From an uncultured virus (IMG/VR IMGVR_UViG_3300025674_000003) (lineage: Duplodnaviria; Heunggongvirae; Uroviricota; Caudoviricetes; Crassvirales), in IMG/VR virus record IMGVR_UViG_3300025674_000003: DNA of 64,000 nucleotides; one strand, 5' to 3'. A model generated the notes under the pieces. It was not told the origin of the DNA. It made no database searches and saw only the letters and a list, made by a program, of their open reading frames with translations. A program made the position numbers and the translations under genes. Positions 35,901-44,400 of this stretch are shown here, one piece after another; within the stretch, counting starts at the first letter, position 1, and each line of letters starts with the position of its first letter.

Positions 35901-37322
35901 AGCATCAAAAGCACCAAGCGTACTAAACGAGTTATCTTTTACGCCTTGTTTTCTTGCTTTTTCTCTTATTTCATCACCTTTTTCTATTGATAAAAAATTT
36001 GTTGCATCTATTTTTCTATCTACGTCTAATATTCTACCATCTCCTGTTACCAAGTATTTAGTACCTGTTTCTTGATCAATTATAGACTTTCCAATACCAG
36101 AGACATATCTACCAGGACCAGTATTATATGTCAAACCAAAATCAAAGCCCATAGCTTCTAAAGCTATTTCTTCTCTTATAGATTCTGATACTCCTTCAAA
36201 ATAATCACCAGGTAATAAACCATAAGCAGAAGCGCTTAATTCACTTACACTTTTGCTAAAGCCATTCCAACCATTACCTAACACATTTAATATAAATTTA
36301 CCCGTGCCAATATTTCCATTTGTATCTAATAATTGTTTATACTGAAGTTGTTCTCTCTCATCAACCTCTTGCATTTTAGCAGATATAAGAGGAAATTCTT
36401 CTCTTAAATAATTTTCGTATTGATATATATTTATATTTTCAGGAGATAAATTAAACTTTTTATTTGTTACTTTTGGATCAACACCTGTTTCTAGCTCATA
36501 CATCAACTGCTGCTGCTTAATATCTCTCTGCAGTTGATCATTTATATACATGTTTAGATATTGTAATTTTTTTCTTTCATAAGCTAATTCAGGGTCATAA
36601 TTATTACCATATGATTTTTTATTTAAATCTAATTCTAAAAATCTTTTTAAATCTTCATCATAGCCTTTTTCTTTCATGTAACCAGCAAAATCCACCTGAT
36701 TCATGTTTTCTAAATAAATATCACCATATACATCGTCTACAAATCCGTCATTAGGACTTTTGTCTTCGTATATATATGGTTTATTTAAATTTTGTATATC
36801 TATATAAGCTTGTATTTCATTAGGGCTTTTTGTTTGAAATGTACCTATCTTACTTCTAGCTTGTTTTCTTTCATAATCACTAGGCATAATCAATGTAGAT
36901 ATACCAAGAGGATCTTGCTTATAACCAGCTTTTATTAAATCATCTTCAGAAATAAAACCATAGTCTAAAGCTCTTTGAACGTTTTGGTCTTCAAAAGTAC
37001 CAAACTCATTAACTTCTAATAAATCTTCAGGATTAGTTTTACTTATAGCTCCACCTATTTTTTGAGACAACTCATCATTTCCTTGTGGATTAAAATATTC
37101 AAAATTATCTAGAGATACCGAAGAAAAATTTTCCGAAGTTAAATCCCCATCTTGATTCGGTGCGAACAGGTTGTTTGAAGGCATCGCATCTGCACCTGCT
37201 GCAACACCCTCCACTTTTTTTAATTTTGCATCCGGGTTTTCAGATAAGAAAATTATTCTTTGTTCTTCTGGCATGTTAGTCAAATCAACTTCTTCGCCGT
37301 TTGGTAATATATATATTTCCAT
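29964..37322 (-). CDS. Giant putative ejection / polyvalent protein with zincin motif and sigma-region-2-like segment
   Basis: 2452 aa at the end of the tail/ejection block; HEFLH at 34611-34625; sigma-like segment about 33498-33840. Confidence 0.7.
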   Translation of the reverse strand: MEIYILPNGEEVDLTNMPEEQRIIFLSENPDAKLKKVEGVAAGADAMPSNNLFAPNQDGDLTSENFSSVSLDNFEYFNPQGNDELSQKIGGAISKTNPEDLLEVNEFGTFEDQNVQRALDYGFISEDDLIKAGYKQDPLGISTLIMPSDYERKQARSKIGTFQTKSPNEIQAYIDIQNLNKPYIYEDKSPNDGFVDDVYGDIYLENMNQVDFAGYMKEKGYDEDLKRFLELDLNKKSYGNNYDPELAYERKKLQYLNMYINDQLQRDIKQQQLMYELETGVDPKVTNKKFNLSPENINIYQYENYLREEFPLISAKMQEVDEREQLQYKQLLDTNGNIGTGKFILNVLGNGWNGFSKSVSELSASAYGLLPGDYFEGVSESIREEIALEAMGFDFGLTYNTGPGRYVSGIGKSIIDQETGTKYLVTGDGRILDVDRKIDATNFLSIEKGDEIREKARKQGVKDNSFSTLGAFDAGSQVIGDLIVQIALSRGMGNGIRAVGGFTKGLGVLGKTRKFLKSIPIKRTMSDAIIGQATIGFSRGYENTLAEARKAGLNDQEAKELAAIGSIQTGILYAITAPISPQTRATDAIFGKLTTKNFVSNAIQEYTKKGKKGFIDYFRSGKLGTLINLGGEGFKEMFQENVQQIGETFAVNKNVNDRAGRKILKDTMSLQDFIDTSVLSFFAGAVLPGAGVTVDLAKQTARQLLGMSAIDRFNALSFLAYKKDSVKDLLATQVSQNIYTQQEADQLLEEINAFDNNINRMPQDLSAEAATQILGDVNEVAKLRQQRKTEDPSFHSETDARIAALDEKIKTAYYNDITKRKSGIIKKAIKSGKIENVSWNEFNSTNEVVDFLVNELGYTKAKAISTAGKYGTTIQRGDQQYIVINNEKAAKDGKVTVKEHEFLHAVMYETIRNNPQAQVLLGKSLLAEVMKIQDKLDNNESLEKALPDEFLSDFTSYINFYNNVIKGFDADLKAGTITKQEYDRKVAEAVGNQWEEVLTLYSDAITVGAVTYETDTFTKIADTIRQVLQFLGLKDIKFNSAKDVYNFIKDYNSSINARILTADRNKALSKVAKQGAEVDTKALETESQKFVDKNKKQAPKQPVVDREPTPDEIKEIEDNYTFDEKFALKTKRPISSEEFKAKVNSFYNKNLWGKSTGVDSVLYDILNEYEKPILDKASVLYSNLPDYSAEDMLAETAIALIPHIRNFNKEFLQLRENKRKELKEKGLSSSEINNALNKLDEKGYKNSKGEIVLENNNLNGWINSQLRNKMKTALRTGNVTSQKFTDEIDERSTSIETTSQSEIQEQKEEFEKNQDELITLLTDPVFGFSNKDGQPILIEGVPVGGDFALSANDPSIAVNKKLKIVTDPAIRKQLEQEKRDLERGLELESKKYLTDEEVKELKKLKSFKTYSVASGGMIKTYKAYSQEINPAAIIAAEVRREILSSPNIETLDFRNFKKKLSILSQTLSRRMTFQNSKDLDSFMFNNWKLIWDVINNPIDPVTGESTYAIKKIPPRLKNTNDQGQPIKTKDINVATFLQSYFGIDEATRIIRTYSKNPNVLIKKFLPVELGRTGNKLWATAYFDRRTALMELFGDVVVLQEGRNSLRNDAFLNEISNKNPNLYNDLKNINTRNKVINNFATGKSDKIKFSMSNGTKNNAKLNSYLRYTNNTADQFFTARIMDQASREVIKYKKRTNKFNVPDLGKMNDKAISYYLIDKISQGYNDFNFKNENNRKGKITKNVLDVSDVKFSMQNERKQYSNNLNTAFNEIIEENTGVAVEESFSKARAEQMAKSISNQGIYLPPGDADFLGLMYIVASASGTKGQKQIDWVTENLIKPYSEGSLDLINARNSAHRDWKNLFDKPTKKLLREDSSYSGFSNDQAIRVYLWKKAGYQIPDLENKDIFNLSEVVRTNPKLKKIANQISLLSKQPNGYIEPPQQWIDGSVLGDVQSILTKLNRAKYLQKWKQNKDIIFNKETMTKLEAVYGTPFVDALTDILHRMETGTNKPKGMSKATRGWVDWLNGSVGVTMFFNMRSALLQTISATNFINMTFNNPLAAGKAILNVPQMAKDFNTLWNSPYLKDRRSGLLSDLQESEIVDVLNNPNNKTWAQKTKGLIFWALKKGFIPTRAADSLAITLGGVTFYRNRINDLVSKGVDLPDAEKQAMREFYETAEVSQQSADPARISKNQASVEGRLFLSFQNTPLQYSRIIKRSAIDIAKRRGSFAGNVSKIVYYAAVQNFIFNFLQNALFRMWDDDDDQQVDYTQSKTRAANGMLDTLIRGAGLYGAYIAAIKNVGLKAYELSQDPRKGRGKEYQVVLEALNVSPSIGIKARKIAKAWQSYSYNSEYFDYYGWNPFKNKYALEALTTMTSATLNIPLDRLMIKAENAMSVLDSQYETWQRMAFFFGFSKWNLDLDEDQNQNNNTPNNPFGIDFGGEIEDIDLDVDLDLDINL

Positions 37323-37327
37323 TTATT

Positions 37328-39061
37328 TTATTTTATTTTCAAAGCCTTATTCATTCTCTTAATATAGTCATCGTCAGTTTCGCCTGTATTTTTAGGATTT
37401 GCTCTAATCCAATCTATTTTAACAGCTCTAAGCATTAAGTTAGTTTCATTTTCAATTGCTTTTCTTTCAGATGATGTAGTATTATCTAAAGCAAATTCTA
37501 ATCTACCTACAGCGCTATCAAAATTATAATCACCAGCATAAACAGGTTTTCCGTTTATTATTTTATATAAACCATCTTTTGGAGCTAACTCATTAAATAC
37601 AGCTCTAGGATCTTTATCTTTATCTTTATAAAACTCTTCATTTGTCTTAGAGTTTGATATTTTTGGATTATTAGGATTTTGTAACCATCTTTCATATATG
37701 TTATCTCTACTCATATATCTACCTTTTGGTCCTTCTATCTTAAACATATTATCTAAAACTATAGCTTGATTATCATCACCTCCAACTACTATATTATTAA
37801 AATAATTAGCTCGATAACCTATATTAGGATCTTTTGGTGTTTTAACTTTTGGTTGAATAACTGTTTTATTACCTGCTTTGTACCATCTACCTTGAGAATC
37901 TTGAACCAAGCCAGATGTTCTAGCTTTCATTATAGCATCAAATAAAGCTGTTTTATATTCTTCATCTGTTGGTTGTAATCTTTGGTATTCATTTTCAATA
38001 CCTTCATCAAGTTTTCTTAAATCAACGTTCCAACCATTTGCAGCTTGCTGCACATTTGATGTTACACCAGCAATTTTAGAAGACAAAATAGATTCCATAT
38101 CTTGTCTAATTAAATCCATATTTAAGTATTGTCTAACTTCTTCGGTATTTCTAGATCTACTGCTACCTTCCACTTTTACTTTGTCTCTAAATATAACAGG
38201 ATCACTCCAATATTTATCTTGAAATTGACCATTTGCACCAACAATACCTAGTCCGTTGTTGTCTTTTGTTCGGTCCGCTGGTTTCATTCGCTCTAAACTT
38301 TCACTAACAAGTTGAGGAACTGTTGATACGAAAGAAAATGTTTGACCTTCTGTAACATTTTGATCCCACGCTCTAGCGCTTAAATATTTTTCTCTATATT
38401 CACCTTGAGTTAACTTACCATCTTGCATTCTTTTAGGTTCATAACCAGAAACTTTAATAAGTATATCATTTTTTTCTTCATCATAAACCATTTCAAAATC
38501 AGCCTGTGAATATATACCAGCTAAAGCATTAACTAAAAACTGATTGCCAGCTATTTCGTCTTCTGTGTCTCCTATTATAGTAACCTCTTTACCTATTTTA
38601 GCCGCGTTTTCTCTCCAATATTCACCTGTAGAAACTAAGTTCTGCGTGGTTCTTTGTGTTAGATTTAACAAATCGTAATAATCTTGTATTGCTTTTTTGG
38701 CTGAGTTTCTTTTTTCATTATCACCATATTGTGTTTTTAAGTATATTTGAGCTTGAGTAGCAATATCTATTCTTCCGTTTAATGTTTTCATTAATTCATC
38801 TTGAATAGCATTTGTTTTTGGTGATGTAGCTAATTTATTCATTTGCTCAAGATTCCACACATCGGCGTCTCCTTGAACTCTTTGCATTCTCTCTAGTATT
38901 CTTTTTTGCTCTAGATCTTTTTGTTGTTTTATTCTCTCTTGTTCTTCTAAAGCCTTTTGTTGGCTCATTTGTCCTTGTTGCAAAGCTTTAACAAAGCTCA
39001 TAGCACCAGTATCAACAGGTGTTATGCGAGATGGATTTTCATATGCTCCCATGTTTTTCAT
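37328..39061 (-). CDS. Putative ejection / internal virion protein
   Basis: Helical Q/K/E-rich N-terminus; position between pilot and giant protein. Confidence 0.6.
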   Translation of the reverse strand: MKNMGAYENPSRITPVDTGAMSFVKALQQGQMSQQKALEEQERIKQQKDLEQKRILERMQRVQGDADVWNLEQMNKLATSPKTNAIQDELMKTLNGRIDIATQAQIYLKTQYGDNEKRNSAKKAIQDYYDLLNLTQRTTQNLVSTGEYWRENAAKIGKEVTIIGDTEDEIAGNQFLVNALAGIYSQADFEMVYDEEKNDILIKVSGYEPKRMQDGKLTQGEYREKYLSARAWDQNVTEGQTFSFVSTVPQLVSESLERMKPADRTKDNNGLGIVGANGQFQDKYWSDPVIFRDKVKVEGSSRSRNTEEVRQYLNMDLIRQDMESILSSKIAGVTSNVQQAANGWNVDLRKLDEGIENEYQRLQPTDEEYKTALFDAIMKARTSGLVQDSQGRWYKAGNKTVIQPKVKTPKDPNIGYRANYFNNIVVGGDDNQAIVLDNMFKIEGPKGRYMSRDNIYERWLQNPNNPKISNSKTNEEFYKDKDKDPRAVFNELAPKDGLYKIINGKPVYAGDYNFDSAVGRLEFALDNTTSSERKAIENETNLMLRAVKIDWIRANPKNTGETDDDYIKRMNKALKIK

Positions 39062-39062
39062 T

Positions 39063-39743
39063 TTAGTTATTGTTTCCGCTTGCTATTACACTACCAATAC
39101 TACCAACTAAATTTTGTGCAGAACTATACATGTTACCCTCAGCAGCACCAACAGCGGATCTAGCTGCTCTAAGATCACCTTCTGCATTGTCAAGTTGTCT
39201 AGATACTCTATTTAGTTTTTGATTTTCTCTAGTTTCTTGAGCTCCAAAGACAAATTGTTTACCCATTACTTCTGCGCTTTGAAGTCTTTGAGCTTCTTGC
39301 ATTTTTAATTGTTGATATGCTTGCTCGCCTTTTGCATACAATTGTTGATTTTTAGCTTCTTGCATTTCTAAGCTAGCTGATATTTGTTTTTTGCTTGCTA
39401 AAGCGGCTTGGGCTAAAGCAGTTGCGCCACCAGCGGAAGCACCCGTAGCTCTTAATGTATCTAACGTGTTTGCTAAAGATATTTCAGCTTGTTCAGCTTG
39501 AAATTCAGCTGCTTGCGTCGCTACTCCTAAATTTGCATATGTATTACTTATATTGCCTGAAGTATCAGTTACATTTTCATATGGATTTACAATAGGTTGT
39601 CTACTATCTTCTAAAGCTTGTAATTCAGAGTTTAATCTATCTCTTTCTCTCTTGGCATTATTTAATTCACCTTGAGCTCTTTTTTTAGCTTGATTAGCAC
39701 CTATCATACCGATACCGGCGGAAATTACTGAGGCTGCTCCCAT
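39063..39743 (-). CDS. Putative pilot / ejection protein
   Basis: G/A-rich hydrophobic N-terminus, A/Q-rich coiled coil. Confidence 0.65.
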   Translation of the reverse strand: MGAASVISAGIGMIGANQAKKRAQGELNNAKRERDRLNSELQALEDSRQPIVNPYENVTDTSGNISNTYANLGVATQAAEFQAEQAEISLANTLDTLRATGASAGGATALAQAALASKKQISASLEMQEAKNQQLYAKGEQAYQQLKMQEAQRLQSAEVMGKQFVFGAQETRENQKLNRVSRQLDNAEGDLRAARSAVGAAEGNMYSSAQNLVGSIGSVIASGNNN

Positions 39744-39745
39744 TA

Positions 39746-40138
39746 TTATCTATGTTTATATATTACATAATGTTTATCGTCTAAAACATTATAATTTAAT
39801 TTTTTTACTTTGTCTTTTATGTTGGTGTTTGAAGATGTAGCCCATATAAATCTACAATCTTTATTTAGTCCTATATTTACTAAATAATCTATTAATTCTG
39901 TTATTAGCTTATTTCTGTCTTTATCTCTATATTCTGGATTAGATACAAGAAAATCAACATAACCTATTTTAGCATCTGTTAAATATAAATAACCAGCTGC
40001 TATATTTAAATTATTTTTTGATATTATAAAACCATTTGGTGATAAACAATCATCGTGAGGTTTTTCTAAGCCCCAAGCCAACCACCATTTATTTATTTCT
40101 TCTTTATCTTTTAATTTTATTTTATTAAATTTTATCAT
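39746..40138 (-). CDS. GNAT-like acetyltransferase
   Basis: IAAGYLY...YVDFLVSNPEYR; typical position next to podovirus ejection genes. Confidence 0.6.
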   Translation of the reverse strand: MIKFNKIKLKDKEEINKWWLAWGLEKPHDDCLSPNGFIISKNNLNIAAGYLYLTDAKIGYVDFLVSNPEYRDKDRNKLITELIDYLVNIGLNKDCRFIWATSSNTNIKDKVKKLNYNVLDDKHYVIYKHR

Positions 40139-40141
40139 ATA

Positions 40142-41416
40142 TTAATAAGAAGATTCTTTGTACTCTGTAGATATGGCAAATAATTCATTATTACCAGAAT
40201 CTCCAGTGTTTGTTGCGGTAAATAAAACTTCTGCTGTATATCCTTTTATACCAGAAATAGATCCACCATAAACAACCTCACCTTGAGCAAATGCAGTAGA
40301 ATTAACTATGTTTGCAAAGTATTTATCTTCTTTTCTTTTAAATTCGTTTTTAAATAATTGACTTTCTAAATCATTTAAAGTAGTAGGCATTACATAAACA
40401 TTTATTGGAAGACCAGAATCTCCTGAGTTAGTTGATATACTTGTCATTGACCAGTTGGATCCACCTTCGTAATTTATTGTTTGAAAGTTTTTAACTAATG
40501 AAGGCTGTTTGTTAAATATAGTAGTAACAGTTGAGTTGTATTGTGTACCGTAAAAATTAGCTCTATTAACATTTGATGCATAGTGTAAATATATTCCTCC
40601 TGAATTTGTAGAATAAAAATTATTTTGAACACTAGCCATATTGTTTGGAGCATAACTATATCTACTTGACCAACCTTGAACTTGTTCGTCAAAACTTAAT
40701 GTTTCTACATCTATACCACTAGCTTTAGATTGTATAGAAACAACATAACATTTGTTGTGAATATCCCATCCGCCAACTACTCTACCATTGTTTAGAGTTG
40801 AAAATCTATCTCTAAAATAATCATACATACCATAAGCTGATATTTCTGTAATACCGTCCATAGAAAGCCTTAAAACAGCTCCCTGTGACGCGTCTGTAAA
40901 GTATTTTCTATAACCATAAACAGCAAAACTTTCTGGATTTGTACTTATACCAAACTCACCAGCATAAGGTGTTATAGCACCAATAACAACGTTAGATGCT
41001 GTTTGAACAGGTTGTCCTTCTTGAGTATATATAGCGTCTTTATCAATAAGAGCTCTATTAACTTTGTTTTCTTGAAATATAATTAAATTAGTATCTTCAG
41101 CGTAAAGTTTTTGTATAGAGCCTTTAGTTGGATCAACTGTTCTAGTTATGTCTTCACCAGAAGGAAACTGATTAGTTTGATTTATACCAGTTCTAGAGTT
41201 AAGTATTCCAGAGTATATAATAGAATTTCCTAAAGATTCTTGTAAATTTTGCTCTGCTCTTAAAAAAGCTCTTGGTGCTAGACCTGTTTGAACATTATTA
41301 TACCCGCCTTTTATTCTAGATTCTTCAATAAACCAGTTATAAGCAGTGTTTACATCTCCTTGTACTATTTTTTTTAAAACAAAGGTGTTATAGTATTTTA
41401 CTGGTGTTATAGCCAT
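40142..41416 (-). CDS. Tail stabilisation/hub protein, C-terminal part
   Basis: GSIQKLYAEDTNL, GISTNPESFA, KNFQTINYEG, KEDKYFANI. Confidence 0.65.
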   Translation of the reverse strand: MAITPVKYYNTFVLKKIVQGDVNTAYNWFIEESRIKGGYNNVQTGLAPRAFLRAEQNLQESLGNSIIYSGILNSRTGINQTNQFPSGEDITRTVDPTKGSIQKLYAEDTNLIIFQENKVNRALIDKDAIYTQEGQPVQTASNVVIGAITPYAGEFGISTNPESFAVYGYRKYFTDASQGAVLRLSMDGITEISAYGMYDYFRDRFSTLNNGRVVGGWDIHNKCYVVSIQSKASGIDVETLSFDEQVQGWSSRYSYAPNNMASVQNNFYSTNSGGIYLHYASNVNRANFYGTQYNSTVTTIFNKQPSLVKNFQTINYEGGSNWSMTSISTNSGDSGLPINVYVMPTTLNDLESQLFKNEFKRKEDKYFANIVNSTAFAQGEVVYGGSISGIKGYTAEVLFTATNTGDSGNNELFAISTEYKESSY

Positions 41417-41417
41417 G

Positions 41418-41443
41418 TTATATTATAATTACTTATTTTTTTA
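41418..41443 (-). promoter_or_regulatory. Putative late promoter (TAAAAAAATAAGTAATTATAATATAA)
   Basis: Matches the recurring intergenic motif. Confidence 0.5.
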
Positions 41444-41451
41444 ATTTATTA

Positions 41452-44400
41452 CTATGCTGGTCCAACAAATTGTGATCCAAAATCAGTAGGATAGCCTGGA
41501 ACACTACCATTTGAATCAGCATAAAAAGGTGTTGTATTATTTGGGTTTGTTATACCTAAAGTTGTTCCTAAAGGTGCGTTTTGAGTTGTAGAATAAGTTA
41601 CGCTAAATGTACCAACAGTTGTTGCGTTTCCTGGAGTTTGTTGAAATTGCAAGTTAACTAAAGCGCAACCTGAATAATCATAACTACCATAGTTAGGCGT
41701 GTTTGTGTTTTTCATTCCTGGTCTTAATCCATTTTGCTTAGCAGTATTAAATTCACTTGTAGTTAGACCACCTGAAGCAGCTGTAAAAGGTTGTAATACA
41801 GCAAAAGTTACTGGAGCTGTCGCCATTCCAGCTTGAGGAGAAGAAGGTGGATTTGAGAAATTACTATTTGCCGTGGCATTTGGTATAAACGTATATGTAT
41901 TTCCTTGTGCGTCAGTACCACCTGTTGTATTATCTCCAAAACGTCCTCCCGCAATTGTTCTATGTTGTGAAGAAGAACTTTGAGTAGAACTTGTTATTTC
42001 TGCTTTTATATATAAATACACTGTATTTGGTGTCCAGTTTTGAATTTGATAATATTGATCTTGAGCAGCACCAGAAAATTGCGAAACTCCGTTAGAACTT
42101 CCACCAGCACCAGAATTATTATACATGTTTATTATAACACCTGTTCCTTGGTAAGCTCCTACATAGTATTCTATTTTAGCACTTGTTCCATTTGGTTGTT
42201 GAGTACTTTGAGCTCCTAAAGTATCAGTTAAATTCATATATATTTCATACTGATTACCTGGTTCATTTGCCCAGCCAGGGAATTGTCCATTTGCGTTTGG
42301 TTTAGCAGTGAGTGAGAAAAAAACTTGATCACCACTAGCACTAGTAGCTTGACCATCTTGATAAGTTGGAAAATTACTACTATTTTGATACGTGTTAAAA
42401 ACTTGAGATAAATTTAAAGGTGTTGATGTTTCTGTTATTGTTTGAGTAACACCAGTACCAGAATTAGTTTTTACCGCACTGTCTATTGTCCAACCAGATG
42501 TAAAATTTGAAGAAGAAAAAGTTATTTTTGTTGGCGAACTATCATTTAAACTGTTTGCTCTTGCTGAACCGTTTTCACCTGCCATTGATTGATTTGCTCC
42601 AGGGTTATTTGTAACTATACCTCCAGCTGATGATGTAACCGTAGGATAAACAACGGCTGGCGTGCATATTGGAGTTGTATTTTCTAACTGAATTATTGTT
42701 GATTGATCAACTTGAGTACCATCTATTTGAACAAATGTAAATGTAAATAAAAATTTACCTCTAGTAGCGACACTATCTGATTCAAACGTTGCTCCTGCGT
42801 AAAATCTATCATTTGTTTTTATAACGTAACTTCCAGTTTGAGCACCTGTTTCAACTGTAAATCTATTTGCTTGAGATGTACTTGAATCTAATTGACCTAT
42901 ATTAGGACCACTTGAAAAATAACTAAAGCATGTGAAGCCTGCTAAAGTAGTATTTGTTAAATTCTGACCACCAGCAGTTGGGAAAAAGTCTGTAGTTATT
43001 GCAACACCTGAAGCCATTGATTCAAAAAATCCATAACTAAAATTACTTAAACCTGTTATATTTGTGTTTTCATTTTCTATATCTAGATTTAATTCAGATA
43101 TTAAGCTAGATGTTGAAGATTCATAGAATAACTCTAACGGTGAAACATAAGGTGCTGTTTCGTAAACAGCTAGACCTAAGTCAGGTGAATAAGGAAAATT
43201 ACCACTACCTTGTGTAGGTATTGTATATTGACCTTCTTTTAAACCTACAGCTTTTTGAGTTGATATTTTAGCTATAAACGGTTTTGTTTCATAACTATAT
43301 ATTGAATAAAAGTTTATTTCTCCAACAGCAATTGTTGGAGGATTTACTGGTTGTAAACCTGGGAATAAATCTTGTATACCACCTACTAAATCAACTTGAT
43401 CAGAAGACGCTTCTGGATCTATTTGTTTATTAAAAGTAGAATAAGTGACTGTAGTAGAAGCTACTTCATTTATATTAGTAACTCTTGGCCACATAGCAAC
43501 ATCACTTGTAAATTGATTTTGCTGAGGCCCAACATCTTGTAAATTTCGAGGTACTTTATTTATATTATCATTAACTAAAGATATAAATCCTACTTCATTT
43601 TGTTCTTTTGTTTCGCCTTTTATAGGATAACCATTTATAATCCCGGGTAAATAAACATTGTAATAATCTTGTTGTTGTTGTTTTACCACAGATTTATAAA
43701 TATAAAAACCTAAAACATTTATATCGTAAGTTGCGTAAGTATTTATTTGACCTAATTTACTAGGTTCTGGTCTTGTTCCTGGTGTGTTATCAAATAAATA
43801 ATTTGTTGCAACTTCTTCTTTTGTAAAAAATTCAACACCCCTAACTCCATTAGAATCACTAATAGCTGTTACACTTGTGATTTCTGTATAATCTATATAT
43901 AATCCTTTCAACTTCTTTCCTACAGCATAATAATCAGCGTATGTAGAAGGAAAATCAGGAAATAAAGGTCTGTTTGTACTAGATGAAGCACCTGTATCAT
44001 ATTTGTATAGGTTTTCAGATGTATATAAGACTTCAAACTTTACAACATCACCAACCGGTATCCCTGTTGAAAAAGTTACTTGTACATAATTATTTGAATT
44101 AGCTATAGTATATGAAGTACTATCTTGTAGTATCCAACCATTACCGCTATCAACTAAAACTCTAAAAGTATTATCATTTGAATTAGCATCTGCATACAAT
44201 ATAGTTGTTGAAAAAACTGTTTGATTAGCAGTTGCTATTATACACTCTGTACCTAAACTTCTAAAATAAGCATATAATGCACTTGGTGCACTTGCAGTTT
44301 CTGTGTCTACTTCATAGTAATTACCTTGAGCATATGCTCCTGGATAACCAGATATACCTATATCACCTTCTGGTATTTGTTGTAAGTAATTTAAAGTAAG

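Noticed and set aside
29964..37322. crAss- or N4-type virion RNA polymerase
   Set aside because: No catalytic DxDGD/DFDID-type motif in context; the C-terminal DIDLDVDLDLD is a low-complexity acidic tail. A structure search is still advisable
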